This document shows, one piece after another, positions 26,074-39,359 of a stretch of 64,000 bases of DNA. Each line of letters opens with the position of its first letter. The first letter of the stretch is position 1. A program made the translations under genes and the position numbers. Where the stretch lies: contig OX597839.1 in NCBI GenBank assembly GCA_951406725.2, positions 34,534,001-34,598,000 of the forward strand, in the 5' to 3' direction. The notes below the pieces were generated by a model. The model searched no databases, had not been told where the DNA came from, and saw only the letters and a program-made list of their open reading frames with translations. This DNA comes from Octopus vulgaris (lineage: Eukaryota).

Positions 26074-27499
26074 ATCGAAGCACTCAGTTCAAGTTTTATC
26101 TTTTGTAGTGATTGTCCTTCAATTCTTGTTCTTGTCTGTTGGTATTATCAGCAATTTCATAAACTGAAGGATGAAAAATAAAATTAAAAAAAAAAACTTA
26201 CAATTTTATATTTTAATCATTTCTGTCGTGTAATATATATATATATATCATCATCATCATCATTATTATTATATTTTATATATTATGTTAATATATATAT
26301 ATATTTATTATATATTTAAACATTTTTTTTTTTTTACTGATATATTATTATTCGTTAACTCTTTCTTTTTCCTTTTTTTTTGCCACTTTTTCTCGTTAAA
26401 AAAATGCAATTTTCTGGTGTGTGCATATATATGTGTGTGTTTCTGAATGTGTGTATGTTTGCACGTATATTTTTTTTTTTTTTTTTTTTTTAAGTTTTAG
26501 TAGAAAAAATAACAACAATATAAACAAAAAGAAACACTTCGTTTTTTTTTTTCTTTTCCTTCCTTCACCCCCTCCCAAAACTTTTTCGTCCCCACCCACC
26601 CCCTTCAGCTTTGTTTCAAAAACAATTTCCAACCAATTTCTGACTACTTTTTTCAATGATTACTAAATTTCCGTTTTTTGTTGGTTTTTTTTTTTTTTTC
26701 TCTCCAAAGGATTAAATTTTTATATTTTCTTCCAGAAAAAAAAAAAAAAAAAAAAACTTTGGCTTTTCTTTTTTCCCCCCAAACGAACATATTAATTATT
26801 TCTTTCTCTTTTTTCTCGCAAAGTTTCCCCGCCCCCTCTTTTAACGAATATAAAATATAAACAAAAACAAAACATTTTTCATTAAAAAAAAATTTGATTT
26901 TTCAAAATGCATTCACTTTAAATTTTTATTTTTTTCCTTCTTTTTTTACACACCACACATCTACATATGTGCATACGTGTGTATACATACACACACACAC
27001 ACACACGCATATATATCCACAGTTGTAATAGAAAATAAAACCCCCGGCCCCTCCACAAAATTTTGTTTTAAAACATTCCCTCCCTCACTCACACACCCCC
27101 AACCATAATTTTTCTCTCCCCCCCCCCAAATTAATTAAGGTCTAATCTTAGAAGTGTTTTTGTAATAAACAATCGAACCCAGGGTAAAAGATGGGGAGGG
27201 GGCATGGAAGAAAAAAAAGGGTCCGAGGAATCGAGAAAGAAAATGAAGACCGCAAGGAAGGAACTTGAAAATGATTTAAAAAAAAAAAGGCAACGATTAA
27301 CAATTAAAAGGCGAGAATTAATGGTGATTAGTGAAGAATCAACAATAATAATCATAATAAAAATAAAGGTTAACTTCAACTTCAGCAAAAATGAACGATA
27401 ATATTAAAGGATCACTTGTAAATGGAGAAAAATAGAGAGAGACCCCTTTTTTGGCTGGAGACAAGACATAACTGGATGTGTTTGTTGGAGAGAAAACAG

Positions 27500-28235
27500 A
27501 CGACAGCCAGATGAGATGAGCTGACCAGATGTGTTGGCCAGATACTATGATGACAGGCAGATGTTGTTGACCAGACATATAACAATGACAGTAAGATGTG
27601 TTGGTCAGACATAACAAGGACAGCAAGATGTGTTGGTCAAATGTAACAAGGACAGCCAGATGTGTTAGTCAAACGTAACAAGGACAGCCAGATGTGTTAG
27701 TCGGACATAAGGAGAGCCAGATGTGTTGGTCAGACATAAGGAGGACAGCCAGATGTGTTGGTCAGACGTAACAAGGACAGCCAGATGTGTTAGTCGGACA
27801 TAAGGAGAGCCAGATGTGTTGGTCAGACATAAGGAGGACAGCCAGATGTGTTGGTCAAACGTAACAAGGACAGCCAGATGTGTTGGTCAAACGTAACAAG
27901 GACAGCCAGATGTAATGGTCAAGCGTAACAAGGACAGCCAGATGTGTTGGTCAAACGTAACAAGGATAGCCAGATGTGTTAACTAGAAATAACAAGGACA
28001 GCCACATGTGTTAGTCGGACATAAGGAGAGCCAGATGTGTTGGTCAGACATAACAAGGACAGCCAGATGTGTTGGTCAGACATAACAAGGACAGCCAGAT
28101 GTGTTGGTCAGACATAACAAGGACAGCCAGATGTGTTGGTCAGACATAACAAGGACAGCCAGATGTGTTGGTCAGACATAACGAGGACAGCCAGATGTGT
28201 TAGTCGGACATAAGGACGGCCAGCTGTGTTGGCCA
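27500..28235. repeat. 32-bp minisatellite GGACAGCCAGATGTGTTGGTCAGACATAACAA (about 22 units, some shorter variants)
   Basis: Period of 32 read directly at 28081 and 28113. Confidence 0.93.
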
Positions 28236-29268
28236 TGAACTACAAATAAACACCAGTCAAACACAACCAAATGTATTGAACAGACAGAAAAAGTAAAGGA
28301 GTATGTTTGGTCAAACAAAGTGGTTAAATGCTTTAACCTTTCACAAAATGACCAGATGTGTTGGCCAGACAGACAACAACTAAATTCAGAAGCATCAGAT
28401 GAACGTTGTATAAAAGGAGGCAGGGGAAAAATATTCTTCAAAGAAGAAAAGGCGGAAGACTGCATTGGGAGCGTTTTTTTGGGGTTTTTTTCTTTTATGA
28501 AGACAGCAGTAAAAACAGCAAAAGCAAGAAAAAGGGATGAGAGAGGATCGACGAGGAATTTGGGGACACTTCGACCAAGATGAACAACTTATAAAAAAAA
28601 AAAAACCCATAAATTGTAGTTAATCCTTTGATGAAACAAAAGGGGGTCCAAAGGGGATGATAGTTCGACTCCTGTTGTTTCTGTAATACTGAGCAGATGA
28701 GAGAGAGAGAGAGAGAGAAACCTACCCCTGGAAAGATTGATAGTCTATCACAGGTAACATTCACTTTATATTTTGTTTTGTTTTCTGTTATTTTTAATGG
28801 GAGCGAGTTCTGGTGCCAATTTCCAGCAGTTTAAGTAAAAACTGGGGTTTCAGAAAGAACAATGAAATATGTCAAGGAATCACTGAGTCACTTTTTAGCC
28901 ATTTTAGCCTTATTTCAACAATGAAAAACAACTCTAGGAAGAAGCAACAGAATGTGGGTTAACAAAAGTGGTGGTGGTGGTGTCTTCTTTTGACGTTAAT
29001 TGTTGTAAATTTTTCAGCGGGGAGGGAGATTGTAACAGTTGAGTGGAAACGAGAAATTCATTCGGGAAATCTCTTGCCAAGAAAACTTAGTGGATCTTTA
29101 TGGTGGTGATGGTGGCGGCAGCAGCAGCAGCAGCAGCAACAATTTGGTTTGGCATCAGCAGAAGGCTACAAATTTGTAGACGACTTTGAGGAGCAAATTG
29201 CTTTGACACCAGTACATGACTTTCACCCCCACCTGATTGAAAGGCAAAAACCATCTTAAAAGTATACC

Positions 29269-29501
29269 TATTTCTTTATTACCCACAAGGGGCTAAACAC
29301 AGAGGGGACAAACAAGGACAGACATAGGTATTAAGTCGATTACATCGACCCCAGTGCGTAACTGGTACTTAATTTATCGACCCCGAAAGGATGAAAGGCA
29401 AAGTCAACCTCGGCGGAATTCGAACTCAGAACGTAACGGCAGACGAAATACCGCTAAGCATTTCGCCCGGCGTGCTAACAATTCTGACAGCTCGCCGCCT
29501 T
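29269..29501 (-). mobile_element. SINE family B (GGCGGCGAGCTGGCAG...GTTCGAATTC...CTTTCATCCTTTCGGGGTCGATAAATTAAGTACCAG...AAAGAAATA)
   Basis: About 230 bp, with a 15-bp TSD TCTTAAAAGTATACC. Confidence 0.9.
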
Positions 29502-30143
29502 TCTTAAAAGTATACCAACTCGGGGCACAATGCCGTGGAATTGAAATATTAACCTTTTAATAACCCTGATTAAATCCCACCCTCACCTTACTGGATGCGT
29601 GTTGTGAAAATAATAATAATAATAAAAAAAACTTGGAGGGACTTGGTGAAAAATATCCTGAAAAGCTAGTGTTTGGAACATATTTTAACAAAACTTTCTT
29701 ATATAAAATTATGATGGGAGATTTTAACTTTAAATATAAACATTTTCAAAAACAGAATGGTTTGACTTTTGGAAGTTTGTGGTTTCTGGTGGTTTAGTAT
29801 GAAGCAAGAGTTCAACATCAATAATCTTGCTCCACAACACCCACTACTCTTAACAAACAATAACAATAATAATAATAAGTTTTGCAAGTTTTGGCACAAG
29901 GCCAGGAAATTTCAGAAGTGGAAAACCTGATTATAAGGACCCTTAGTACTTGCCTGTTACGTGCTTTAGGAACCCTGAAAAGATGAAATGAGAATCTCAC
30001 TGGCATTTGAATTGGGAACATAACGAGTTGGGAGGATGCTGCTAATGAATCTACCAGCTTAAAGAATAATAATAATAATAATAATCCTTTCTGTTATAGG
30101 CACAAGGCCCAAAACTTTTGGGGAGCAGGGCCAGTCGATAAGA

Positions 30144-30535
30144 TTGACCACCAAAGGACAAACAAGGACAGACAAACGGATTAAGTCGATTATATTGACC
30201 CCAGTGTGTAACTGGTACTTAATCTATCGACCCCAAAAGGATGAAAGGCAAAGTCGACCTCGGCAGAATTTGAACTCAGAACGTAGCGGCAGACGAAATA
30301 CCTATTTCTTTACTACCCACAAGGGGCTACACACAGAGGGGACAAACAAGGACAGACAAACGGATTAAGTCGATTATATCGACCCCAGTGCGTAACTGGT
30401 ACTTATTTAATCGACCCCGAAAGGATGATAGGCAAAGTCGACCTTGGCGGAATTTGAACTCAGAACGTAGCGGCAGACGAAATACCGATAAGCATTTTGC
30501 CCAGCACACTAACAATTCTGCCAGCTCGCCGCCTT
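30144..30535 (-). mobile_element. SINE family B, tandem or nested pair
   Basis: Two abutting copies (30144-30302 and 30303-30535). Confidence 0.84.
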
Positions 30536-31096
30536 AATAATAACTGCTTCAAATTTTGGCACAAGGCTAGTAATTCGAGGGGAGGGGCTAAGTTGATTAC
30601 ACTAACCCTAGTGCTCAACTGATATTTATTTCACTGACCCCTAAAGGATGAAATGCAAAGTTGACCTCAGTGGAATCTGAACTCAAAACGTGCAAATAGA
30701 CAAAATACTGCTAAGCATTTTGCCTGGGGTGCTAACGATCCTTGCCAGCTCACTGCCCTAATTATATAATGATAGCTGTTTCATCAATGTGGATATCCCC
30801 CCACCCCACCCACCCAAATACCCCTTCAACCATTTCTGGTAAAAAATACTTTCTCTTTGTTTGGATTCATTTTTAAAATAAGAATTTAGTAAAATAACAG
30901 TAATTTCACTGGTGATCGTTGGTGAACTGGGAAGAACCGGTGGAGCACCGGGCAAAACGCTTCGGTGCCATTTCAACTGCACTTGCCCTTCATCCTAACA
31001 GGTTTGATAAAATGAAATACTAATCAAGTTATAGGGGCCAATATAATCAACTAGCCCTTTCTTAAAATTTGCTAACTCCAGGCTTAAATCAGAAAT

Positions 31097-31455
31097 CATT
31101 ATGATTATTATTATCCTTATTATTATTATCATTATCATCATTATTATTATCATTATTATCATTATCATCATCATCATTATTATTATTATCATTATCATTA
31201 TCATCATTATTATCATTATCATCATTATTATTATCATCATCATTATCATCATTATTATTATTATCATTATTATCATTATTATTATCATTATCATTATCAT
31301 TATTATCATTATCATCATTATTATTATTATCATTATTATTATTATCATTATCATCATTATTATTATTATCATTATTATTATTATCATTATCATCATTATC
31401 ATTATTATTATTATCATCATCATTATTATTACTATTATCGTTATTATTATCATTA
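31097..31455. repeat. (ATT/ATC)n compound microsatellite
   Basis: Read directly. Confidence 0.96.
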
Positions 31456-34400
31456 AGCAAACTCATTCTGCCAAAGTTTGCTTTGCCTTTTATGGTCGAT
31501 AAATTAAGTACCAGTCAAGTACTGGGGTCAATGTAATCGAATGACCCACTCCCCCAAAATTTCAGACCTTGTGCCTAGAGTAGAAAGGATTATTATTATT
31601 AAGCTGGTGCTTAAAGAAATTTTGATACGAGGGAAGGTTTTAAAATGAAGTTTGTATCATAGAACCAGGGGTCAGGTTGGGTATAAAAAAAAGGGGTCGG
31701 GGTTAGGGTTTAATGGTGCTGAATAGTTTTGAGGAAGACTGTTCGAGGGACCCTTCTTGTAGCTCGGGGGGGGGGGGGGGATCAAAAGGGGTGGATCCTT
31801 GCACCTTTGCGACGCAAGAGTTTTTGAAACTGGAATGAACTGGATTCTGTCAAGTGGAAGATTCCTGCAATTTGAAAGATGCAATGAAACCCCTGCAGCA
31901 GTAAATGTAACATCATCCAACAACAGCGATAAGTAGGGAGGAAGGGAGAAGCATAACCCCAGGAGGGGTTGGGGGAAAACGAAGGTGATAGAAGAAATAA
32001 AGGTATTTCTTGGAAAAACCAAAGAAAGGAAGAATGAAGAAAGACGGAGGGGTAAAAAAGGACCATAACTGACAATCACACACACACACACAGACAGGGT
32101 TCCCAAAGACCCTAACAAAGAGATAATGGGAAAATGGCAGAGTAAATAAAATAAGTGATTGTACCTGATCAAACCCTCACCCCACCCCGCGACTGAAACA
32201 GGAGCAATAGGAGATGGGAAGAAAAAAAAGGGGCGGGGGACGGGACCAAAAACCACTCCCCCCTTCCTCCATCCCTCAACAGAAGCAAGAGAAGGGTGTG
32301 GCTGCCACAGAGTACCCAAACCATTATTTAACCCACCACCACCCCACCTTTAAGGAAACGGGTAGAAGAGCGAACACCCAAGTATGATGTGGGGGTGGGG
32401 TGGAAGTGTGCACGGGGGTGGGTGAGTGGAAATAGGGACATCCTCTTCCTTCCTTCCCACCCACCCAACTGCTCCCCACCCCCAACCACCCCGTACCCCA
32501 GTCAATCACCAACAACAACAGCAGCAATGTGTAACAGAAACAACCTGACGAGGTAAACGATGCCATCAAGTTTCTGACCGACGGAGAGAAAGGCAGGAGG
32601 AGGAGCGTGGAAGGGGGGGAGAGACGCATGTCTCACACACACACACACAGAGGTGACAATCCAACACGTGGCCATCACCTAATATGATAACGACTTCGAA
32701 TTCCGACACGAGGCCAGTGATTTTAGGGAAGAAGTGTAAGTCGGCTACATCGAACCCCAGTGCGTAACTGGTACTTATATTGTTGACCTTGGAAAGATGG
32801 AAAGGTAAAGTCAACCTCAGCAGGATTTGAACTCAGAATTGATGAAATGCTGCTAATCAGTTTGTCTGGTGTGCTAACGATTCTGCCAGCTCACCACAGA
32901 ATGTAATAATAATAATAATAATAATAATAATGGCTTCAAATTTTGTCACAAGGGCAGCAATTTTGGGGGAGGGGGGTGAGTCGATTACACTGATCCCCCA
33001 GGGTACAACTGGTACTTATTTCATCGACTCTGAAAGGACGAAAGGCAAAGTTGATTCTGGTGGAATTTGAACTCACAACGTAAAGACGGACGAAATGCCT
33101 ACAAAGCATTTTGTCTGACGTGCTAACGATTCTGCCAGATCGCTCTGCCTTAATTAAAGTAGTAGTAATAATAATAATAATCCTTTCTACTATAGGCACA
33201 AGGCCAGAAATTGGTGAAGGGGGGGCATGGCTAGTTGATTGCATTGACCCCCACCACCCCCAAAAGGATGAAAGGCAAAGTCGACCTCAGCAGAATTTGA
33301 ACTCAAAATCTAAAAACAGATTAAATGCCGCTAAGTATTTTGCCTGACGCCCTAACGATTCTGCCAGCTTGCCACATTAATAATAATAATAATAATAATA
33401 ATGCCTCATGCCAACAATGTTGGAGGAAATGTCTTTGGTTTCTTCGTTATATCCACCACCTACTACTACTACTAGTGTTACTGTCGTTAGGTGTGTCTCT
33501 GTGGCCCAGAAAATACCTGAGCAGCTGTTATTTATTTATTTATTAATTAATCAGTGGCTATTTTAGCTCGTTATTTAATTTAGAAATTGACAGGACTGAT
33601 TGTTCGACTGGTTGAGGATGCCGAGTAGCTGGGTTAAAGGGGGCACCACTTGTTCTTGCCCTTCGTTAACAATGCGAGGTCTAAGTGGGGGGTGGGGGTT
33701 TTGACAAGGTGAGGGACAACCCTGGGGTCCCCCCCCCCGTCCTAAAAAAAAAAAATGAGGTGTGGGTTTGGGGTGTCCAGAACAGGTCTAAAGGAATAGA
33801 CTTAAGAGGAAAACACTTGGCACATAGGGTGGAATGGGGGGGGTGTGCTTTTTAGGTTTGGGGCACTTTTGGGTCAGCTGTGTATGCTTAATACAGGTGG
33901 TTGGAGTGGGGCGGGAGAATACAGAAGCAAACTCAAGGGACTGCTCTGAGGGGAAGTGCTGGGCGGGGGGGGGGGGGTGCGAAACAAATTAACTTTGATA
34001 GAATTGCCTGTGAAGGTAAGATCCTATTTCCTTAAAGAAAAAAACCAAAAAAAAACCAACATTCTTCTCGCGACGAGTTTTTAGGGGTTAACCTTCTATC
34101 CTTCCGTCCACGACAAACCATTCTGGATCAAAGCAGCAACTGAGCCAGAAACGTAACAAAGGTGGGGTTACGTCAGACTTGAACTCACAAACTGGCAGTT
34201 CCCAGTCCTTTTATCTACTCAGACTCAAAACAGTCCACCACTCTTGTTTATAAATCAGGGGGGGGGGGCAGTGAACCCTCTCCTCCCCCTTCGTGATGAA
34301 AGCGGAAGCAGGAGGGAGGTGTTGAGTGTAGACAGTTGAGTCGCACTCCACCATACATTATGCTCAGATTTGATTTTAATATAAAACTTTTAAGATCATA

Positions 34401-34767
34401 ACATTGACGGATTCGGCCTAGTGTATTACTGGTATCATTTATCTTTCACTTTAGTCATTGATTTGTGGCCATGCTGGGGCGCCACGTAAGAACTGTTTTC
34501 TTCTTTATTTGATTTTGTAGACCCGACACTTTAGTAGCCCTACTTTTCATTTCAAAGGAAATTGGTAAGGATGGAAATTAAGATAGGGGTGAATATGCGG
34601 ACAGATGGGTTTGAACCCAGATCCACCAAACACTGGGTAACAGCAAAACAAAACCGTAACAAGAGAATGTGAAAAGCCATGTGCTGACCCCTAACTGCCA
34701 CGTCCTGCCCCTTTCCCAAACCTCCACTCTCCCCTAACCCACTTGCATTTTTAGGTTTCCTGACCCC

Positions 34768-34809
34768 TTAAACAAAGGAATAGTGATTCTCTACAGCTCG
34801 ACCATGTGA

Positions 34810-34840
<31 letters not shown>

Positions 34841-35679
34841 AGTTGTTGTTGTAACAGTTGCTGTTGTTGTTGTTGTTGTTGCTGCTGTTGGGCCCCCTGG
34901 GTCTGCTCGCGGACGACGTTCTCGATCGACTCCGTCCGCGAGCGAACTGACCCGCTGACCACTATCACGTCCCTGCCGTTTTCGGTCATCCCGGCACGGT
35001 GGGAGTTCACGTGCCCCATCACCAGCCCGCCCACTCCGCCTCCCACCACTCCTCCTCCTCCCCCGCCACCACCGCCGCCGCCGACCGACAGCCCCCCCAC
35101 CACAGCACTAGCGACAACCCCACTTATGCCACCACCACCAACAACCGCCCCCACGGGAACTATGTTAGCCACACCACCCCCGCCGCTGCCACCACTACCA
35201 CCACTACCACCACCGCCACTACTACTACCCAGCGAGACTGGTATTATCCCAACAAGGTGCCCCTGTCCACCACCACCACCACCGCCACTTCCTCCCTGGG
35301 AACCCGCCACCACTATGCTACTAACTCCACCTGAGACACTGCTTGCCACACCCACTGTACCACCACCACCACCACCACTGTTCGTCCCATTAACGGCACC
35401 AGTTTGCACCGGAGTCGCATTGTTCCTCGTACCAAGATTCGATGTGGACGACGACCGGCCGGAGTGAGACATGAGGCGCGGGGAGTTCCTTGGAAGGGTG
35501 GACGGCGTCCTCGGCCGTTCCATCGAGATGACGTAATCGGTGAGGGTGACGTCAGATGCTCCACCAGACTCCAACGGGATTGGGTGGCTCCGGAAGTGTT
35601 CCAGCATGTCAAAGATGGTCTGGAACCAAAGATGTTGTACTCGGCACTGACCATCATCTTGGATTGTCATCCGGAGATG
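34768..35679 (-). CDS. SH2B: SH2B last coding exon: SH2 C-half (HLRMTI...[29 protein letters not shown]), Gly/Ser/Val-rich region, poly[11 protein letters not shown] stop
   Basis: (CT)n-TTCAG acceptor at 35680-81; matches ORF 34768..35670 plus HLR. The C-terminus resembles RAVENQYSF of SH2B2/APS. Confidence 0.95.
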
Positions 35680-35760
35680 CTGAAGGAGAGAGAGAGAAAG
35701 ACAAGACAGAGTTATTCAAATGAAACAACAATGAACAAAAATACTAAAAAAAAAAATACT

Positions 35761-35971
35761 TCATCATCATCATCGTTTAACGTCCGTTTTCCGTGCTAGC
35801 AAGGGTTGGACGGTTCGACCGGGGTCTGGGAAGCCAGAAGGCTGCACCAGGCTCCAGTCTGATCTGGCAATGTTTCTACAGCTGGATGCCCTTCCTAACG
35901 CCAACCACTCCGCGAGTGTAGTGGGTGCTTTTTACGCCCACTACACTCGTGGAGTGGTTGGCGTTAGGAAG
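35761..35971 (-). mobile_element. RTE 3' end fragment with terminal fold-back inversion
   Basis: RTE tail at 35761-35935 followed by an inverted copy of 35891-35926. Confidence 0.88.
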
Positions 35972-36927
35972 AAGCCATTAAGTTCTGAATTAAAATCTTC
36001 CACCAAACCTTAGTCACAATTTATGTTCCTAACACTAGCTTAATGATAACGAAGTTATTTTGATAAATTCTTTGGTATATTTAAAGTAATTGATAGAAAC
36101 ACAAAGCATCTCAATATACAATATTGTTTAAATATACAATAGAGAAACAATTCTTAACCCTTTCAATACCAACCTGGCTGAAACCTTCTCTGGCTCTGTA
36201 GTACAAATGTCTTGTTTTCATAAGTTTTGAATTAAAATCTTCCACCAAACCTTTAGTCACAATTTATATTCTTAACACTAGCTAAATGATAACTAAGTTT
36301 ATTTTACTAAATCGTTTATTATATTTAAAATTAATTGAAAGAAACACAAGGCATCTCAACAGAAATAGGGTAGCAAAAGTGTTAAAGGCCTTCCTATTGT
36401 GACCACCACACTCTTTTATTTATTTATTTTTTTTGTTTTTGGTTTTTTTAGGAGTCTGTAGCCTTCCCTGATCCAAGGCAGAGGCACTGCTGCTGAGGTG
36501 GTGAAGATGTTGAGTGCCAGTGTGACTAGTTGATATGGTTACATGAGTGTTGTATGGTGAGTGTGGTTAGAGTCGGTGGGGGGGCTGTGTGGATGGTATG
36601 GCACTGCCATTGTGATGACAGCGTTTGTGGAAGGTTCAGGTTCAAAATGTTGGTATTCTGCATCCAAGTTGTATCCCCTCACCGTCCCCAGGTGTGTATG
36701 TCAGATGCTTACAGACCGTGTCACTCGGAGGCCATGCACACAGGGATCCACTCCATGTGTGTGTGTGTGTGTTGGCAGCAACAACACACGGAATGTATCT
36801 GACAGGTTGCATGTTATGGTTTAAGGTTCAATCCCACTGCATGGCACTTCAAGCAAGTTCTCTTCTACAATAGTCTTAGGCCAACAAAAGCCTTCAGAGT
36901 GGATTTGGTTGATAGAAACTGAGAGAA

Positions 36928-37139
36928 GGCGGCGAGCTGGCAGAATCGTTAGGACGCCGGGCAAAATGCGGTATTTCGCCTGTCTTTACGTTCGAAGTTC
37001 AAATGCCGCCGAGGTCGACTTTGCCTATCATCCCTTCGGGGTCGATAAATTAAGTACCAGTTACGCACTGGGGTCGATGTAATCAACTTAATTCCTTTGT
37101 CTGTCCTTGTTTAGCCCCTTGTGGGTAGTAAAGAAATAA
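36928..37139 (+). mobile_element. SINE family B
   Basis: Colinear with the family B pattern seen in the window. Confidence 0.84.
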
Positions 37140-37849
37140 GATGTGTCTATGTATGTATGTATAATTATGAAGGTGTATAGTTAGGGTGTTGCACTGAGGA
37201 TTGCAAGATTGTGGGTTCAAAGCCGAGACTGGGCAGCATGTGTTCTTGAGCAAAACCCTTCATTCTACATTGTCCCCATCCTGACTCACCTGTAAAAGAG
37301 GTCACACTGCAACCAACCAGCTTCCCAATCAAAGGGGAATATCCGAGAGTCTGGCTAGTCACGTGACAGGTGTTTGCGTTGCTGTCTCTTTGCCTTGACC
37401 GCATGGGATAGTTGTAAGCAGATGCCTCCCCCAACATTTCCAGTCTTCCCTGGAAACATGTCTGGCCATGCAGAAGCATTACCTTTAATTGGGAACAGGT
37501 GAGGGTTGGCGACAGCAAGGGCATCCAGCTGCAGAAAATCTGTCCCAACAAATTTCTTCACCACCCATGCAAGCATGGAAAAGTGTGTGGCCATGCTACA
37601 TCAGCTTTAGCTAGGGTATAGGGGCAGCCATAGTGTTTTGCTGTTTGCAGTGCACCCTCCCAACCCCCCTCTACTGGATGTCTTTCTCTTGAGCAACTCT
37701 GACCGTCACCTATACAGAACGTGTTCCCCGCTCCATCCTTATATCTAGTGTCTGTCTCCCGTTGAGTGGAGTGATTATGAAGCGGATATAATGATGGTGA
37801 AGTGTATTGCAGGTTGAAGCCTATTTCTATGTTAACGATGTCTGCCAAA

Positions 37850-38873
37850 TACACATAACGAGCTTTTCAGATGCATAATGCTGCTATCCCCCATCCAAGG
37901 GTCTCGCCAGCCCACACCTGGCACACCCTCACAGTTGGCACATTTAATGTCGGTACATTGAAAGGTGGGTCGGGTGAGATTGTCGAGATGCTTGAACAGG
38001 GACGTGTAGATTTGTGCTGCATCCAAGAAGTAAGGTGGAGAGGGAGTTCTGCTAGGTTCCTCACAGGCAAAGGACATAAGTATAAGATTTTCTGGGTAGG
38101 GAACAGTGATGGGGTTGGGAGCATGGGTATACTCCTTGCTGAGAAACGGGTTGATAAGGTAATTGAGGTAGTCAGAGTCTAAGCTTAGACTGCTGCTGCA
38201 ACAGGGATCAGCATCCATTATCTTGGCTTATGTCCCTCAGCCGAGGCTACCTGATGAACAGCAACACAGATTTTATGGCACCCTCTTGCAGACTATCTCG
38301 TTGACAAATGACAGGGACCTTCTCTTTGTGGCTGGCGATTTCAATGGGCATGTTGGACAACATGCAAGGGGCTTCCATGGTGGCTATGGATTTATTTCCT
38401 GCAATGAGGAGGGAACCAGGTTACTGGAGTTCTGTAATGCAAATGATCTTATGATCTGTAATACTAACTTCAGGACACCTGCCAGTCACCTGTTCACCAA
38501 CCAGTCAGGTGGACACACTACTCAGATTGACTACATCCTCACCAGGAAACGGGAAACATGGCTACTTATAAATGCCAAAACTTTCCCAGGTGAAGAATGC
38601 ACCCCACAACATAGGTTGGTTGTTAGCAACTTCAGGATCAAGGCTAAATGGCTTCTCAGAAGAAGACCAGGAAGAGAAGGGTCTGGAAGTTTGGGGATCT
38701 TCTGAATGGACGGAGATTTAGAGACGTATTACTTGAAGCTTTTGATGAAAAAGAGGAGGATATAGCATCACATAATGCAGAAGACAACTGGAGGTTGCTA
38801 TGTGACAACCTGTTGAGGGCTACTGACCAGACCTGTGGACGGTGCATTGTCCCCTCTTGACCAAAGGTGACAT
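37850..38873 (+). mobile_element. RTE LINE 5' fragment (APE endonuclease), decayed
   Basis: VGTFNVGTLKG, LCCIQE, AGDFNGHVG, QIDYIL and PQHRLVV motifs; colinear with 12561-13465; has stops and deletions. Confidence 0.92.
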
Positions 38874-38913
38874 GAACAAAACCTTATTTTTGTACAAAAT
38901 TGTATAATGTCAT

Positions 38914-39147
38914 CTATTTCTTTATTACCCACAAGAGGCTAAACATAGAGGGGACAAGCAAGGACAGACAAAGGAATTAAGTCGATTACATCGACCCCAG
39001 TGCGAAACTGGTACTTAATTTATCAACCCCGAGAGGATGAAAGGCAAAGTCGACCTCGGCGGAATTTGAACTCAGAACGTAACGGCAGACGAAAAACCGC
39101 TAAGCATTTCGCATGGCATGCTAACGTTTCTGCCAGCTCGCCGCCTT
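38914..39147 (-). mobile_element. SINE family B
   Basis: TSD TTGTATAATGTC. Confidence 0.88.
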
Positions 39148-39359
39148 TTGTATAATGTCTTATCATGGCTCTTAATATACTCTCAAATCCTATAAAATAA
39201 ATCTGTTTTTTTTTTTTGTCTTACCTCTCTAAGATGTGTCTCACATCACCATTTGATGTCCATTTTCCAGACTAGCACATGTTGGCCAGTTCTGGAGCAA
39301 CTGACAAGTCAGAAGATTGCACCAGGCTCTGGTGTCTGCTATATATATATAAAACGATA

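Noticed and set aside
27500-28235. CRISPR-like appearance of the 32-bp repeats
   Set aside because: The units are contiguous with no unique spacers, there are no cas genes, and the context is eukaryotic.
32546-32574. Possible small minus-strand UTR exon after a strong pyrimidine tract
   Set aside because: The donor GTTGTT is poor; not supportable without reads.
34999-35799. Plus-strand and alternative-frame ORFs overlapping the last SH2B exon
   Set aside because: Shadow ORFs of GC-rich, low-complexity coding sequence.
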